From the IMG/VR virus record IMGVR_UViG_3300025417_000022: DNA of 64,000 nt. One strand, written 5' to 3'. Both the position numbers and the translations under genes were made by a program. Positions 41,154-51,498 of this stretch are shown one piece after another (position 1 is the first letter of the stretch; each line of letters opens with the position of its first letter). The notes beneath the pieces were generated by a model. The model saw nothing but the letters and a program-made list of their open reading frames with translations. It was not told the DNA's origin and did no database searches. The stretch is from an uncultured virus (IMG/VR IMGVR_UViG_3300025417_000022) (taxonomy: Duplodnaviria > Heunggongvirae > Uroviricota > Caudoviricetes).

Positions 41154-41816
41154 TTATGAAATTTTTAGTGCGTTATCAGCAGAAGGATCGATCCAGAGAA
41201 TACCCGGTGTTCCTGGTCTTGTTTTATGTATACCTGCGTTAGACGCCCAGTCAGTACTATATGGATCTACATACAACTGATTTGATAGATTGATTTTAAT
41301 ACTTGTATTATCTGTTGATATTTTAAATGAACCTGTTGGTGAAGGTCTTCTAAATCCACCAGATATGGTATCAAGAACATCCTGTGCTATATGCACTGCA
41401 GACACACCATTCGTATTAACCGAAAGCGCACCAGCACCGTTATATACTACGGTAGTATTATCCGTTGCAGGCGCTATAGATTGATATGCATTTGGATTGG
41501 TATAGTCTGGAAAACCAGAACCAACATTAATACCTGAAAGAATAAAAAGCTGACTATTGTCAGTGTTAAAGATTAAATCACCGATCTGTGCTTTAGCTAA
41601 CGCAACCGATGTTCCAGCTGCAGCTTGAGTAATACTACCAGAGTAAAAATACATCGAAGTCGGCACACCACCGAGGGTTACACCATCACCAATATAAAGA
41701 CGACGAGCATCGGCATCGGTTACAAATCCCAATTCACCTACATCGAACGTTACAGTCTTTCTTTCTGCGTCCGAACCTCTGCGTACTTTAATTTTTACTA
41801 TAGATACTGTAGCCAT
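41154..41816 (-). CDS. Short fibre/adaptor with Mtd-N-like anchor
   Basis: KIKVRRG..GELGF..RLYIGDGVTLGGVP; DNTT and DNTS fibre repeats. Confidence 0.75.
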   Translation of the reverse strand: MATVSIVKIKVRRGSDAERKTVTFDVGELGFVTDADARRLYIGDGVTLGGVPTSMYFYSGSITQAAAGTSVALAKAQIGDLIFNTDNSQLFILSGINVGSGFPDYTNPNAYQSIAPATDNTTVVYNGAGALSVNTNGVSAVHIAQDVLDTISGGFRRPSPTGSFKISTDNTSIKINLSNQLYVDPYSTDWASNAGIHKTRPGTPGILWIDPSADNALKIS

Positions 41817-41849
41817 TAAGAATATTTATTAAGAAAATACAATTATCAA

Positions 41850-43493
41850 TTAATTTATAAGGATTGTTTCATCTGGACCAGCACCGAGCTGGAAGTCCGT
41901 TGACAATGCATTAAAGATATTTACTTGAATCTGGTATATTTGTTGTAAGCACCTGTTAACAATGTTATTATGAACAGGTTCATTCATTCCAATAAAATTG
42001 TCAACACTCTGTTCAAAGTTTATTGATGCAATTTCATCGGGTAGGAAATAACGTGTATTTGATAATACAATATCCTTATACTCGTTATACGTCGCAATGA
42101 ATTTACCTGTCATTAGATCACGTAGTCTCATATGGTTAATCAACAATTTTGCGAGTGATTTATTGATTACCCAGTTTTGCAAATATTCGTTATTTTGTAT
42201 AGCAATATCATTTAAATCGTAGATATCGAACTCACCCGTAGCTAGTACATTAAACAAATTAATATTGTCATACCAAATAGAGAATTTTCCTGCTCCATTG
42301 GAATTAGAGAATATAATATTATTATCCCCGTCATTACCTGCTAGTGAGAAAAAGTCAGCTATAGTTTCTTCTGTATTGAAATTATAAAGATGAAAGAGAT
42401 ATTTACCGATTTCATCAGACGGTTGATCCACTAAACGCTTATAAACGTTTTGACTTGTTACAAGATAGAAGATATTCGGATCAAAAGCAGAAAATACTAC
42501 TTTCTTATAGTACTCATCACTCGCTGTAAGGGGGTCAAGCTGAATTGTTGATCTATTTTGAAAATTTACATCATATTTGTATAATATGTCATTATCAGTG
42601 AGTATGTATCTATTACCATAATAGTCGTGTGTGAGATGCACAGGGTTAACTACAGCAAAATCTCTGAATAATCTAAATGTACTAATCCAATTTAAATCTT
42701 GATCATAACGCTTAACACATGAATTACCAGAATCAAGAACATAAACATCAGTATTGTAGATATCGATAGCGCTCGGTCTATTAAAGAATGTATTATCACT
42801 AAAACTACCCTCACCGCCAATGCTATTTATGAATAGAATTTTATCTCGTAATACGATATCAGATGTGTAAAGACCACCGGCATCGTATTTTACAAGTCGA
42901 TTACCGATAGAATCAAGAACGTAAAAACTATAATTGTTGCCAAGTGCAAACGAATTAATTTGCTGCCAGTTAATATTCGAACCCGGAAATGTTTGCTTTG
43001 TACTTAAAACGACATTGATTGAAGTGTTATAATCAAGCGTATTGTTAAGAAGTCTGTCGTCGGTTTTGTAGATTACAAGATCGTCACCGGTAGATGCAGT
43101 AATATAGAAATTTGAATTTTCAGTATTTTGTATAGCAGCAATTGTTGTAATATTATCTTGATTATATAATGATGCAGAAGAGAGAGGAATGAATTGACTA
43201 GCCGATAGACCTTCATTACTTAAAAACCATCTAAAATTTGTAGACCCTGTACTCACACCAGCAACCGCTGTAGAAGAAATCGGTATAACGTTAGACGCTA
43301 TTCTTGACGATTTATAAAGATAGAGAAAATTTTTATATAATTTTTCTAAAGCTAAATTAATAACCGAGGCTATAGCAAGATCGTTAGGCTGTATGCGTAT
43401 ACTTTCAAAATCCGGGTACGGTAAAGCGTATGTGCTGCCTAAAAAACGGTCAAAAATTAATCCTTCAGCTGAAAGTGCGTTTACGATATTCAT
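41850..43493 (-). CDS. Virion protein with NHL-type beta-propeller
   Basis: YVLDSIGNRLVKYD and FNRPSAID..VYVLDSGNSCVKRYD blades. Confidence 0.7.
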   Translation of the reverse strand: MNIVNALSAEGLIFDRFLGSTYALPYPDFESIRIQPNDLAIASVINLALEKLYKNFLYLYKSSRIASNVIPISSTAVAGVSTGSTNFRWFLSNEGLSASQFIPLSSASLYNQDNITTIAAIQNTENSNFYITASTGDDLVIYKTDDRLLNNTLDYNTSINVVLSTKQTFPGSNINWQQINSFALGNNYSFYVLDSIGNRLVKYDAGGLYTSDIVLRDKILFINSIGGEGSFSDNTFFNRPSAIDIYNTDVYVLDSGNSCVKRYDQDLNWISTFRLFRDFAVVNPVHLTHDYYGNRYILTDNDILYKYDVNFQNRSTIQLDPLTASDEYYKKVVFSAFDPNIFYLVTSQNVYKRLVDQPSDEIGKYLFHLYNFNTEETIADFFSLAGNDGDNNIIFSNSNGAGKFSIWYDNINLFNVLATGEFDIYDLNDIAIQNNEYLQNWVINKSLAKLLINHMRLRDLMTGKFIATYNEYKDIVLSNTRYFLPDEIASINFEQSVDNFIGMNEPVHNNIVNRCLQQIYQIQVNIFNALSTDFQLGAGPDETILIN

Positions 43494-46400
43494 TAGTTAA
43501 TCCACTTTATGGTATTTAATTTTGTATAAGCAGGTGCAAGTTGCTTTAATTTATCAACAATTCTTGCCTCAAGACCGGTACGTAGGCCGGAGTCTGTAAT
43601 ACCTGAATTTTGAATAATAATATTATAGAAAGTTGACTTGGAATTAGGGGTACGGTTCTTGAAATAACGTTCTATTTCTTCAAGGTAATTGCGTCTGCCG
43701 CAAGGTACATTGAAGTGTAAATCTTGAATAACTAAATCCTGCTTAGCAAGCATCATAATATCAGCATCCATTAATGCTGCACTATATACGTTGAAGTGTT
43801 TGATCTTTAAATTTTCAACAAGTTCTTCGTTGTTGTTTAGGTATTTAAATAATGGTGAAGAATTACCGTAACTTGTAGAACCAACGAGGAACGGTCTTCT
43901 ACTAAAATTATTAAACTGATATTTTCTTTGAGGGAATTTCTCTGAACCAACGATTTGACCATTGATGAAGAAATGGGCCTGACCTGCGTAAGTATCAACG
44001 CGCAATGCAAAGTGATGGTATCCAGGGTCTAGACCAGATAAGCTGCTGATAATATTGAACGTATCGGTATCATATGGATTGAATACGTTAACAAGTGTGC
44101 ATTTTGCATTAATTGTAGGTCCGTTATATACTGTACTTGTAATTTTTCTCTGATAATCACAAGAAGTGAAATCTATATTAACTGCGGTTTCCGACGGTAG
44201 TGTAGCAGTGCTATTAGCAATGCCATTATATAAGTCAATTGTTGTTAAAAACAGACCAGCCGCTGATAGCTCTTGATATGTGTTAAATACTAAAGTATCG
44301 GAATAACCGTCCTGCAGAACCTTACTACCATCATCCGTAATAAAGTCATATACAGTGTTAATATGGTCATCCTTTGGTATAGGTATCTGACCGGTCTGTG
44401 CAATTATCGCCTGCTTGGTATATGCGCCGTTTTCGAAATTAGCTAAGAAGTCAATTTTATGATTAATAAATGAAGTACCGTCAAGTGTACCAGATAGTAC
44501 AAATTGTCTATCTGAAGTATATTTGTAATATTCGTTATTATTTGAAAGAATCCAAATATTGTTATCGAAGTCAATATTAAAGTCTTGTATCTGACTGCGT
44601 GATTGAAATGCCGTTATAACAGGTAAAGATGTCGAATGATTTAAATTCTTCCATAGCATCAATTTTTGATTATTTGAAAGATAATAGATAGTATCATTTA
44701 AAAGTCTTGATTTAGTGCCAGGTGTAAAGAATAATTTGTTGTTATAAAAATTGATAGTAGTAGCAGATAATAATAGATCTTGCTGACTATTTTCAAAGAG
44801 CCAACCTGCATCCGGATCATTTGCAAACATGAGCGGTGTACCGATATTATTATTTTCAGCGTTGAGTGAAATATTTGTTATATCTGAAATCGCTAATGTC
44901 GGAGTATTGATTTGTATTATGCTATTAGCACCCGGCGCTGCTGAGCATAGCAGATAAATTGACGAAGTTGTATAATCGTAATTGATTAGGTTTAGTAACT
45001 TGCTATCTGTAACCTTACGAATTGAAGTATCGCTGTTATTGTATTCGAATATCTGTCCGCTCTTAAAGATTAGATAATAATTAGAAACACCATCATATCT
45101 AATACTAGCTGTTATTTCATCACCGTTGTAATTTAGACTCTTAAGCTGTAGAAGATTGCTATTGAGAGATAAAGCCGTGCCACTACCCGGTATAAAGACT
45201 GTAGGTGTTACAGTATTTTCATTAAAGATACCTACACCGTCATTTACGTAATTACCGACAATCTGATTACCAAATGGTTTCGTCCAATCAGCATTATTTG
45301 CCCAAAAGCTTAATGTCATCTGACCGGTTTCTTGAATTGCGGACAGACCGTTTGTAAGACCGTAATTTTTACCATTAAAAATATATTCATCCGGAACTGC
45401 GTTGTTACGTACTACAGGCTGATCGTAAATAGTTAAGTAACTGCTAAGGTCTTTTTGCTCTCTATAAATCGATAATGAGTTAATAAAATTATTAACACCG
45501 CTCAATCCATATCTGTAATACGCATAATACGCACCTGGCTCAAAAATTAAATCCGAGGGTTTATCGAAAACATCTACCTGTCGTATTAAATCAACAACAT
45601 TGAATAAACATTCATTTACCGATTCATATTTGATTGATTGAAAATCTGTTGTCGTTAACGCCGCAAAGAACGATGTAGTGAGTGGGTTATAGTATCTATC
45701 AACCCAAATAGGCTTTGTATTGACATCGTGGTTACCTGAAAGCCAACTACATAAAAACGATCCTGTAGCTTCATCTTTTACTGCACCGAAAGGTGAAGAG
45801 TATTTATTAATGCTTTCTTTCTTAAAGATTTTATCAGATTTTAATGGATGATCACCGGCTATTGCACCGGATTCAATAAGACCGGATTCACTGATATTAA
45901 GTTGAACGTATGGGTCGATTAACTGCGGTATATGGAAGTATGTAATTTTATCAGATTTAAGAATAATATCTGTTGTATATGCTTCATAGTTGATAACAAT
46001 ATTGTCATTACCATACTTCTGATTAGAACCGGTTAGTAATTTTTTATATTCACGATTTTCAACTTCTTTTTCAGTGAATAGAGGGGAATTATTTGATCTA
46101 AACGGATTTGCTCTATACTGATAGTTTTCCGGGGTACTAGTATTCTTAAGCGACAGGATATTAACATCCATATTAGTACCTGTGGTGTTGTAATACTGAC
46201 TATTAATAAGAAGATTACCTGGTACGCTCGAGTAGCTTCTGTTAGGGTTAATACCTTGTGAATTAATTTTAAAATCTTTATTATACGAAACCCATGAATC
46301 AGTAAGAATTGTATTATTCGGGTCTTGATTACGTGGTACACAACGTAAAATACATCTTGATGTATAAGGAATATCCGCTGCTGTGATTGGATCAATTAAA

Positions 46401-47056
46401 GTGAGCGTAGGTGTTGAAGAAACTATTGGATCAAAACCAACATACTTCACGATATCATTAATGTTTTTGAGTAATAAAATGTATTCACTTGCTCTATCAA
46501 AAACGTAGTAAAAAATCTGTGGACTTAAATCCTGAAGAGGGTCGCAGTTACAGTCTTTTGCAAAAATTATATTACCAGTATAATCTACTGTCATATATCT
46601 GGTTATTTCTTTGTTACTATGACTGACTTTACAGAGTCGATCATTTAAGAAATTAATATCGAACATATATGTATTATCGATATTTTCAAGCGAACCGGTT
46701 AACGCTATTTTAGCGGTATTCTGAGTTACATCAGGCTCTGTAACAGTTAAAAAGATTGTTGTTTCGGTAATTTCAGGATATCCATTTACAGCAAGGAATG
46801 TTGAAAATCCAAAATCTTGAATAGGTGCTAAATCCTCAATATAAGCAAAAGAGGATAAAACAATTTTATTTGTTAAAAAGAGATTTGAATAATTGTTAAT
46901 TGTGTTGTCGTTAACATTATTGAACCCTGCAACAAGAGGTATATCAACACCGTTCTCAGTATATAATACATTTTGATCAACAATAAGTCTCTTATCATCT
47001 GGGTAATTAGATGTTAAGCCAATATAATTTGTTGAACTGAGAGATACAATCTCCAT
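43493..47056 (-). CDS. Large virion protein with LamG-like and propeller elements
   Basis: TLSFW, YHHFALRVD..HFFINGQ and IKHFNVYSAAL; TATAAATA upstream. Confidence 0.65.
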   Translation of the reverse strand: MEIVSLSSTNYIGLTSNYPDDKRLIVDQNVLYTENGVDIPLVAGFNNVNDNTINNYSNLFLTNKIVLSSFAYIEDLAPIQDFGFSTFLAVNGYPEITETTIFLTVTEPDVTQNTAKIALTGSLENIDNTYMFDINFLNDRLCKVSHSNKEITRYMTVDYTGNIIFAKDCNCDPLQDLSPQIFYYVFDRASEYILLLKNINDIVKYVGFDPIVSSTPTLTLIDPITAADIPYTSRCILRCVPRNQDPNNTILTDSWVSYNKDFKINSQGINPNRSYSSVPGNLLINSQYYNTTGTNMDVNILSLKNTSTPENYQYRANPFRSNNSPLFTEKEVENREYKKLLTGSNQKYGNDNIVINYEAYTTDIILKSDKITYFHIPQLIDPYVQLNISESGLIESGAIAGDHPLKSDKIFKKESINKYSSPFGAVKDEATGSFLCSWLSGNHDVNTKPIWVDRYYNPLTTSFFAALTTTDFQSIKYESVNECLFNVVDLIRQVDVFDKPSDLIFEPGAYYAYYRYGLSGVNNFINSLSIYREQKDLSSYLTIYDQPVVRNNAVPDEYIFNGKNYGLTNGLSAIQETGQMTLSFWANNADWTKPFGNQIVGNYVNDGVGIFNENTVTPTVFIPGSGTALSLNSNLLQLKSLNYNGDEITASIRYDGVSNYYLIFKSGQIFEYNNSDTSIRKVTDSKLLNLINYDYTTSSIYLLCSAAPGANSIIQINTPTLAISDITNISLNAENNNIGTPLMFANDPDAGWLFENSQQDLLLSATTINFYNNKLFFTPGTKSRLLNDTIYYLSNNQKLMLWKNLNHSTSLPVITAFQSRSQIQDFNIDFDNNIWILSNNNEYYKYTSDRQFVLSGTLDGTSFINHKIDFLANFENGAYTKQAIIAQTGQIPIPKDDHINTVYDFITDDGSKVLQDGYSDTLVFNTYQELSAAGLFLTTIDLYNGIANSTATLPSETAVNIDFTSCDYQRKITSTVYNGPTINAKCTLVNVFNPYDTDTFNIISSLSGLDPGYHHFALRVDTYAGQAHFFINGQIVGSEKFPQRKYQFNNFSRRPFLVGSTSYGNSSPLFKYLNNNEELVENLKIKHFNVYSAALMDADIMMLAKQDLVIQDLHFNVPCGRRNYLEEIERYFKNRTPNSKSTFYNIIIQNSGITDSGLRTGLEARIVDKLKQLAPAYTKLNTIKWIN

Positions 47057-47087
47057 AGAAGTATTTATAGGTAAAAATACCTACACG

Positions 47088-48515
47088 CTAGTCGTTTTGA
47101 GGTGTAATACCCCATTTACTATAAAGCGTCTGAGATATATTTGCCATTTCATCATCCGACAACGCTCTGTTGTAAAGAAGTATTTGCGATACTTCACTAT
47201 TTGTGGCAGGCACTAGATCAAACCCGTTTATATGAGCAGATGCTGCCATACTTATAGTAGCATTAGTTAGAGACGATCCATACGATAAGTTAAGTCGATT
47301 TTGTGTTATAGTAAGCTCATCTGCTGTAAATTGAAGAACAGTGTTATCATACGCTCTGATTGCATATAAACTATAAGTTGGTAATACAAGTGAAAGGTTC
47401 TGGAATGAAACACCAGAAATACCTTGAACTACATTACTAGCATTTGTATTACCAAAACTAAACGCGCAGTTGGCTCCGTTGTGTGCACTGCCACCGTAAA
47501 AAATCGTACCGTTAACATCTGCTGTATGTACTATAAAGAACGCAGTATATTGACCTGTAATACTATTAAACAAACTATTGTTTACACATTGTAGGTATTC
47601 AGATGTTGTATTACTAATAAACTTTATCGCTTTGCGAGCAGCTTCAGTCTGTAGCGGGAAGATTAATGACGGCTTGTGAGCGTTATTTGTCTGAATAAAA
47701 TCATTTCCTAAACCGCTTTTATCTTTCCATTTACTTACTTTATTCAAACTATCAAATACAACGCTAAATGTATCTGAAGCGTCGAGGTTTAAGAGAAGAC
47801 CCGGGGTTGTATAGAAAATTGAATATAAAGAGTCAGCACTTAGATTATATTGAGTAGTACCGCCACTAAAGAATCTTGCATTAGTTAAATGTCTGGAATT
47901 ATCAATTTCAAAAACACCAAACGTCTCTTCACCAGCATAGGTATGCTGTGCGGTATTTAAAAGATGAAAATCTTTGAAGTCATAAACAGAAGATGGTACA
48001 AATGATAAGTTATATCGTATAATATTAACACCGAGATTGCCATTCAATACCGTGATAGTTGGTGTAAACGTCGTAAGCCCTGCAGATGGCCAGTATGTGT
48101 GCGTTACATTAACTTGTGCAGGGTCTTGAATACCTTCGTTAGTTGTAGCACCTGTAACAATACCATGCTCTACATCACGCGTCTCACCGTCACCAAAATC
48201 ATATAATATTTTTAATATAGCGTAATAGCTTGTATCGACGTTAGCCGGAGAAAAAGTTATTTCATATGGACCTTTAAAAGTATCAGCTGTTATGCTTGTT
48301 ATGCTTGTGGTAATAAGATAACCCCAAGGAAAGTAAAGTTCACCATCTTCAATCTGCGTGTAGTCAGCACCACCATTTGTATAGAGTCCACCATCAGCTG
48401 TTAAGGGAAAGACAAACCCTAGACCGTAAACTGGGTCAACAAAAAGATAGTTGTTGAGTTGTTCTGGAAAGCCAAGCTGCTGAACTGTTGATAACGTAAA
48501 AGTGTACGACCTCAC
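47088..48515 (-). CDS. Virion protein with PKD and LamG-like domains
   Basis: YDFGDG..HTY; LLLNLDASD..VSKWKDKSG.GN and EVSQILLYNRALS. Confidence 0.75.
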   Translation of the reverse strand: MRSYTFTLSTVQQLGFPEQLNNYLFVDPVYGLGFVFPLTADGGLYTNGGADYTQIEDGELYFPWGYLITTSITSITADTFKGPYEITFSPANVDTSYYAILKILYDFGDGETRDVEHGIVTGATTNEGIQDPAQVNVTHTYWPSAGLTTFTPTITVLNGNLGVNIIRYNLSFVPSSVYDFKDFHLLNTAQHTYAGEETFGVFEIDNSRHLTNARFFSGGTTQYNLSADSLYSIFYTTPGLLLNLDASDTFSVVFDSLNKVSKWKDKSGLGNDFIQTNNAHKPSLIFPLQTEAARKAIKFISNTTSEYLQCVNNSLFNSITGQYTAFFIVHTADVNGTIFYGGSAHNGANCAFSFGNTNASNVVQGISGVSFQNLSLVLPTYSLYAIRAYDNTVLQFTADELTITQNRLNLSYGSSLTNATISMAASAHINGFDLVPATNSEVSQILLYNRALSDDEMANISQTLYSKWGITPQND

Positions 48516-48569
48516 AATAATATTTACTTATTGAATATTCAATTCAATGACATTACTGATAGATAGATC

Positions 48570-49904
48570 TTAGAATCTACCAGTAACATAAACGTAAGAA
48601 TTATGGACGTAAGCAAATGCTGTACCGTATTGGGTAGTAATAATAGAACCTATACCTCTAATTGCGTTCGGATATGCTGATAACACTAATTTATTTGTAC
48701 CAATATTATTGAATGAAACACTAAATCCTTCAGTTAAATTATTAGTATTTAAAACTGCTGTTAGTTGATTGCTTGTGGTATCAAAATGAAGCGTTCTATT
48801 GGTATCAGAGAGTGCAACAGTATACATGGTGGGCGATGTTGTTACATCTGTAACCCCTACCGCGGAAATTGCTGTCACGGTACTGTATGTTGACTGCCAG
48901 TTACTACTTAATGAGGAAACTGTATTAAATGTTGACTGCCAATTTGGAGCTAAGCCATTATAACTATTAAGAAAATCGTAAAAATCACCGCTTAGTACGT
49001 TCACTGTTAAATACGTATTATCATATCTACCACTGACCGCAATAAACGCATATGATGCATTCCCCCAAGCTGTCGCCTGTGCCATGGATAGGTTAGTTGT
49101 ATACTGCCAATCACCGCTAAGTCTATTAACTGTAGCATAAACATTACCAGCTAGTGCTGCAGTATTCCAGCTTCCACTTGTACTAAACACTGTTGAATAG
49201 ACAGCTTGCCAGTTACCAGAATATGCCTGTATAATACTGGAAGAGATTGTATTAAGAACAGTAAAATTGTTTTGCCAGGTACCGCTTGTTCCATATATTG
49301 TGCTATATACTGAATCCCAGTTAGCACTACTTGCATTAACTTTTGTAGAAGAACTATTCCAACCAGCACTATTACTATGAACGAGAGCGTTTACTGCTGG
49401 ATCACCCGAGCCACCGCCGCCTCCGGTACCCCATGTACCGCTATTTGCACTTACCGTACTATAGGCACTCTGGTAATTACTTGTGAGTGCACGTAAATCC
49501 GTACCTTGGTAATTCCAGGCAACACCTGAATTAGCTGATACCGTGGAATAAACACTTATCCATTTATCGCTATTATTAGCAATAATAGCTGACTGGCTAT
49601 TAACTATTGTATAAACAGGAATTATCTCATTCCATGTACCACTTAGAGCATAAACAGTATCGTGAGTACTGTCCCACTTCGGTGCATTAAGACTATTATT
49701 TAAAGCTGTACCTGGACCCCATGATCCGAGGGTTTTTGGACCGTAAATGTAATAAACAGTTGTATCAAGATAAAAATCACCATCGCGACCCACAGTACCA
49801 GTTGGTGCACCTGCACCGTTAAGAAGCGAATAACCCTGAGGGCCTTGGCACAATGCTGTAATCGCTGGTACGTTTAATGAGAGTGTCGCTGCAATGTTAG
49901 ACAT
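48570..49904 (-). CDS. Fibre protein with 14-residue Trp-periodic repeats
   Basis: GAGAP..G.DGDFYLDT..YGPK..W fibre head motif followed by repeated WxSxYxTVxxxSxxW. Confidence 0.75.
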   Translation of the reverse strand: MSNIAATLSLNVPAITALCQGPQGYSLLNGAGAPTGTVGRDGDFYLDTTVYYIYGPKTLGSWGPGTALNNSLNAPKWDSTHDTVYALSGTWNEIIPVYTIVNSQSAIIANNSDKWISVYSTVSANSGVAWNYQGTDLRALTSNYQSAYSTVSANSGTWGTGGGGGSGDPAVNALVHSNSAGWNSSSTKVNASSANWDSVYSTIYGTSGTWQNNFTVLNTISSSIIQAYSGNWQAVYSTVFSTSGSWNTAALAGNVYATVNRLSGDWQYTTNLSMAQATAWGNASYAFIAVSGRYDNTYLTVNVLSGDFYDFLNSYNGLAPNWQSTFNTVSSLSSNWQSTYSTVTAISAVGVTDVTTSPTMYTVALSDTNRTLHFDTTSNQLTAVLNTNNLTEGFSVSFNNIGTNKLVLSAYPNAIRGIGSIITTQYGTAFAYVHNSYVYVTGRF

Positions 49905-49962
49905 ATTTTTATTTTATTTAGAGAAAATATAGATGTTTTCTACGGTAAATATTTATAGTAGA

Positions 49963-50895
49963 TTACTGTGTTTGATATACGATGTTAATGTATCCATCGG
50001 TATTAATGAATGGAGCTGAACCAATCTGGGAAATATTAATAAGAGACGGATAATAATTCCAAGGCGGTGCATTGACAATCTTTATCGTATCTCTTACAGT
50101 AAGTGTAGCTGGGTTAGGTATTTGTCCGAGGTAATTAGCTGCCGAATATGTCCAAGTTGTTGACACGTCATTAGCACTAACAGATGTAAATACACCATTG
50201 ACATTAAAATTCTTAATAGTTAGATTAGTGAAAACATCAAGACCTGTTGAAAAACCAAGACAGCAATTTACATTATTTGGCCAAACGACTCGCGGGACTG
50301 TTGTGTCGATATAATTAATGAAATCGGAAGCACCTGGTGGCAGAATATCAACAACTATTCTACTACAAAAATCTGTTAATCTAATTCTTGAGCGATAAAA
50401 TTCAATCGGTACATCACTACCTGTAATTTGTTGATAAAATGAAATTGGATTTGCTGTTAGAGTAGATAAATCCTGACTTCTATATAAGACGTTAAACCCA
50501 CGTTCCTGTGCGTCTCTTATTACAACACTATTTGTAATATTATCCGCGTAACCGTTAGGGCAATACGCAGAAGTTGCAAAATTACCTGTTAAATCAAATC
50601 CTACACCTAGTACTGCGTAGTTGACACCGACAAATCCTGTAACAGGAGTACTATATGCATCGTATGCTGTGAGGTTATACACCGGTGCATAACAAAGACC
50701 AGGCCCGGCTCCGCCGCCTGAAAGGAAACCAGCGAAAGAGTTATAAAAATAAACACAAAAACCTTCACTACCAGAAACATTAGGTCCATAACAGGCAAAA
50801 TCAAATGTTACAACTATATCTTTTGTTGTATCTATATTTTTTGATAGATAAATTGACCCTGCTATCGCTGTTGTAGGTAAAACATAATTATCCAT
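49963..50895 (-). CDS. Legume (L-type) lectin-fold virion protein
   Basis: VTFDFA..GSEGFCVYF..GG.GPGLCY..LGVGFD..GNF..LGFS. Confidence 0.7.
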   Translation of the reverse strand: MDNYVLPTTAIAGSIYLSKNIDTTKDIVVTFDFACYGPNVSGSEGFCVYFYNSFAGFLSGGGAGPGLCYAPVYNLTAYDAYSTPVTGFVGVNYAVLGVGFDLTGNFATSAYCPNGYADNITNSVVIRDAQERGFNVLYRSQDLSTLTANPISFYQQITGSDVPIEFYRSRIRLTDFCSRIVVDILPPGASDFINYIDTTVPRVVWPNNVNCCLGFSTGLDVFTNLTIKNFNVNGVFTSVSANDVSTTWTYSAANYLGQIPNPATLTVRDTIKIVNAPPWNYYPSLINISQIGSAPFINTDGYINIVYQTQ

Positions 50896-50941
50896 AGTAT
50901 ATTCCTTCTAATACTTATGGAATCCAAATGGTAAGAGCCAA

Positions 50942-51415
50942 CTATGTTAAGTTTATTGTCGCAGAACGAACAACACCGTCAGATCCCTTTAATTTAATTG
51001 TTACAACAGTGTTACTTGTCTTTTCAAAGACAAGCTCGTTGTTAGTTGCAGGTGTTATGGATGCAAATGGGAAGAATTGAGCGTTATAAGCGGAATCCCA
51101 ATTAGACTTATAAGAGAGAATCGTATTATAAGCACTACTCCACCGCGCACTATTTGCACTCACTGTGGTGTACACACTGTTCCAAATAGGTACAGCACTA
51201 GCATTGACAATCAATGTGGTGTTAACCCATGTTGCACTCACTGTACTTAGGGTAGAGGAAGCACTTTGCCAAAACTGCCCAATAGTACCTGCTACAGATG
51301 ATAAGTGACATCTTGATGTAGTGTAGACACCTTGACTGGTCTGAACATCGGAAACAAGAAAATCCCCCGTACTAGGATTATTTTCAGGCAATTGATATAT
51401 ACGGATATTTGACAT
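50942..51415 (-). CDS. Small fibre protein with the same Trp repeats
   Basis: IRIYQLP N-terminus; WNSVYTTVSANSARWSSAY; KLKGSDGVVRS C-terminus. Confidence 0.7.
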   Translation of the reverse strand: MSNIRIYQLPENNPSTGDFLVSDVQTSQGVYTTSRCHLSSVAGTIGQFWQSASSTLSTVSATWVNTTLIVNASAVPIWNSVYTTVSANSARWSSAYNTILSYKSNWDSAYNAQFFPFASITPATNNELVFEKTSNTVVTIKLKGSDGVVRSATINLT

Positions 51416-51449
51416 ACAAATATTTATAGAAAAACATTATCTATAAAAT

Positions 51450-51479
51450 AAAAAAGCCCTGCCTAGGCAGGGCTTTTTT
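51450..51479. terminator. Bidirectional Rho-independent terminator
   Basis: Perfect 30-bp palindrome AAAAAAGCCCTGCCTAGGCAGGGCTTTTTT just downstream of the 51499..52596 gene. Confidence 0.9.
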
Positions 51480-51498
51480 GGTGATACTCTTACAGAGT

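Noticed and set aside
39196..51415. Diversity-generating retroelement suggested by Mtd-N-like domains
   Set aside because: No reverse transcriptase and no template/variable repeat pair differing at adenines was seen; the Mtd-N-like part is only an anchor.
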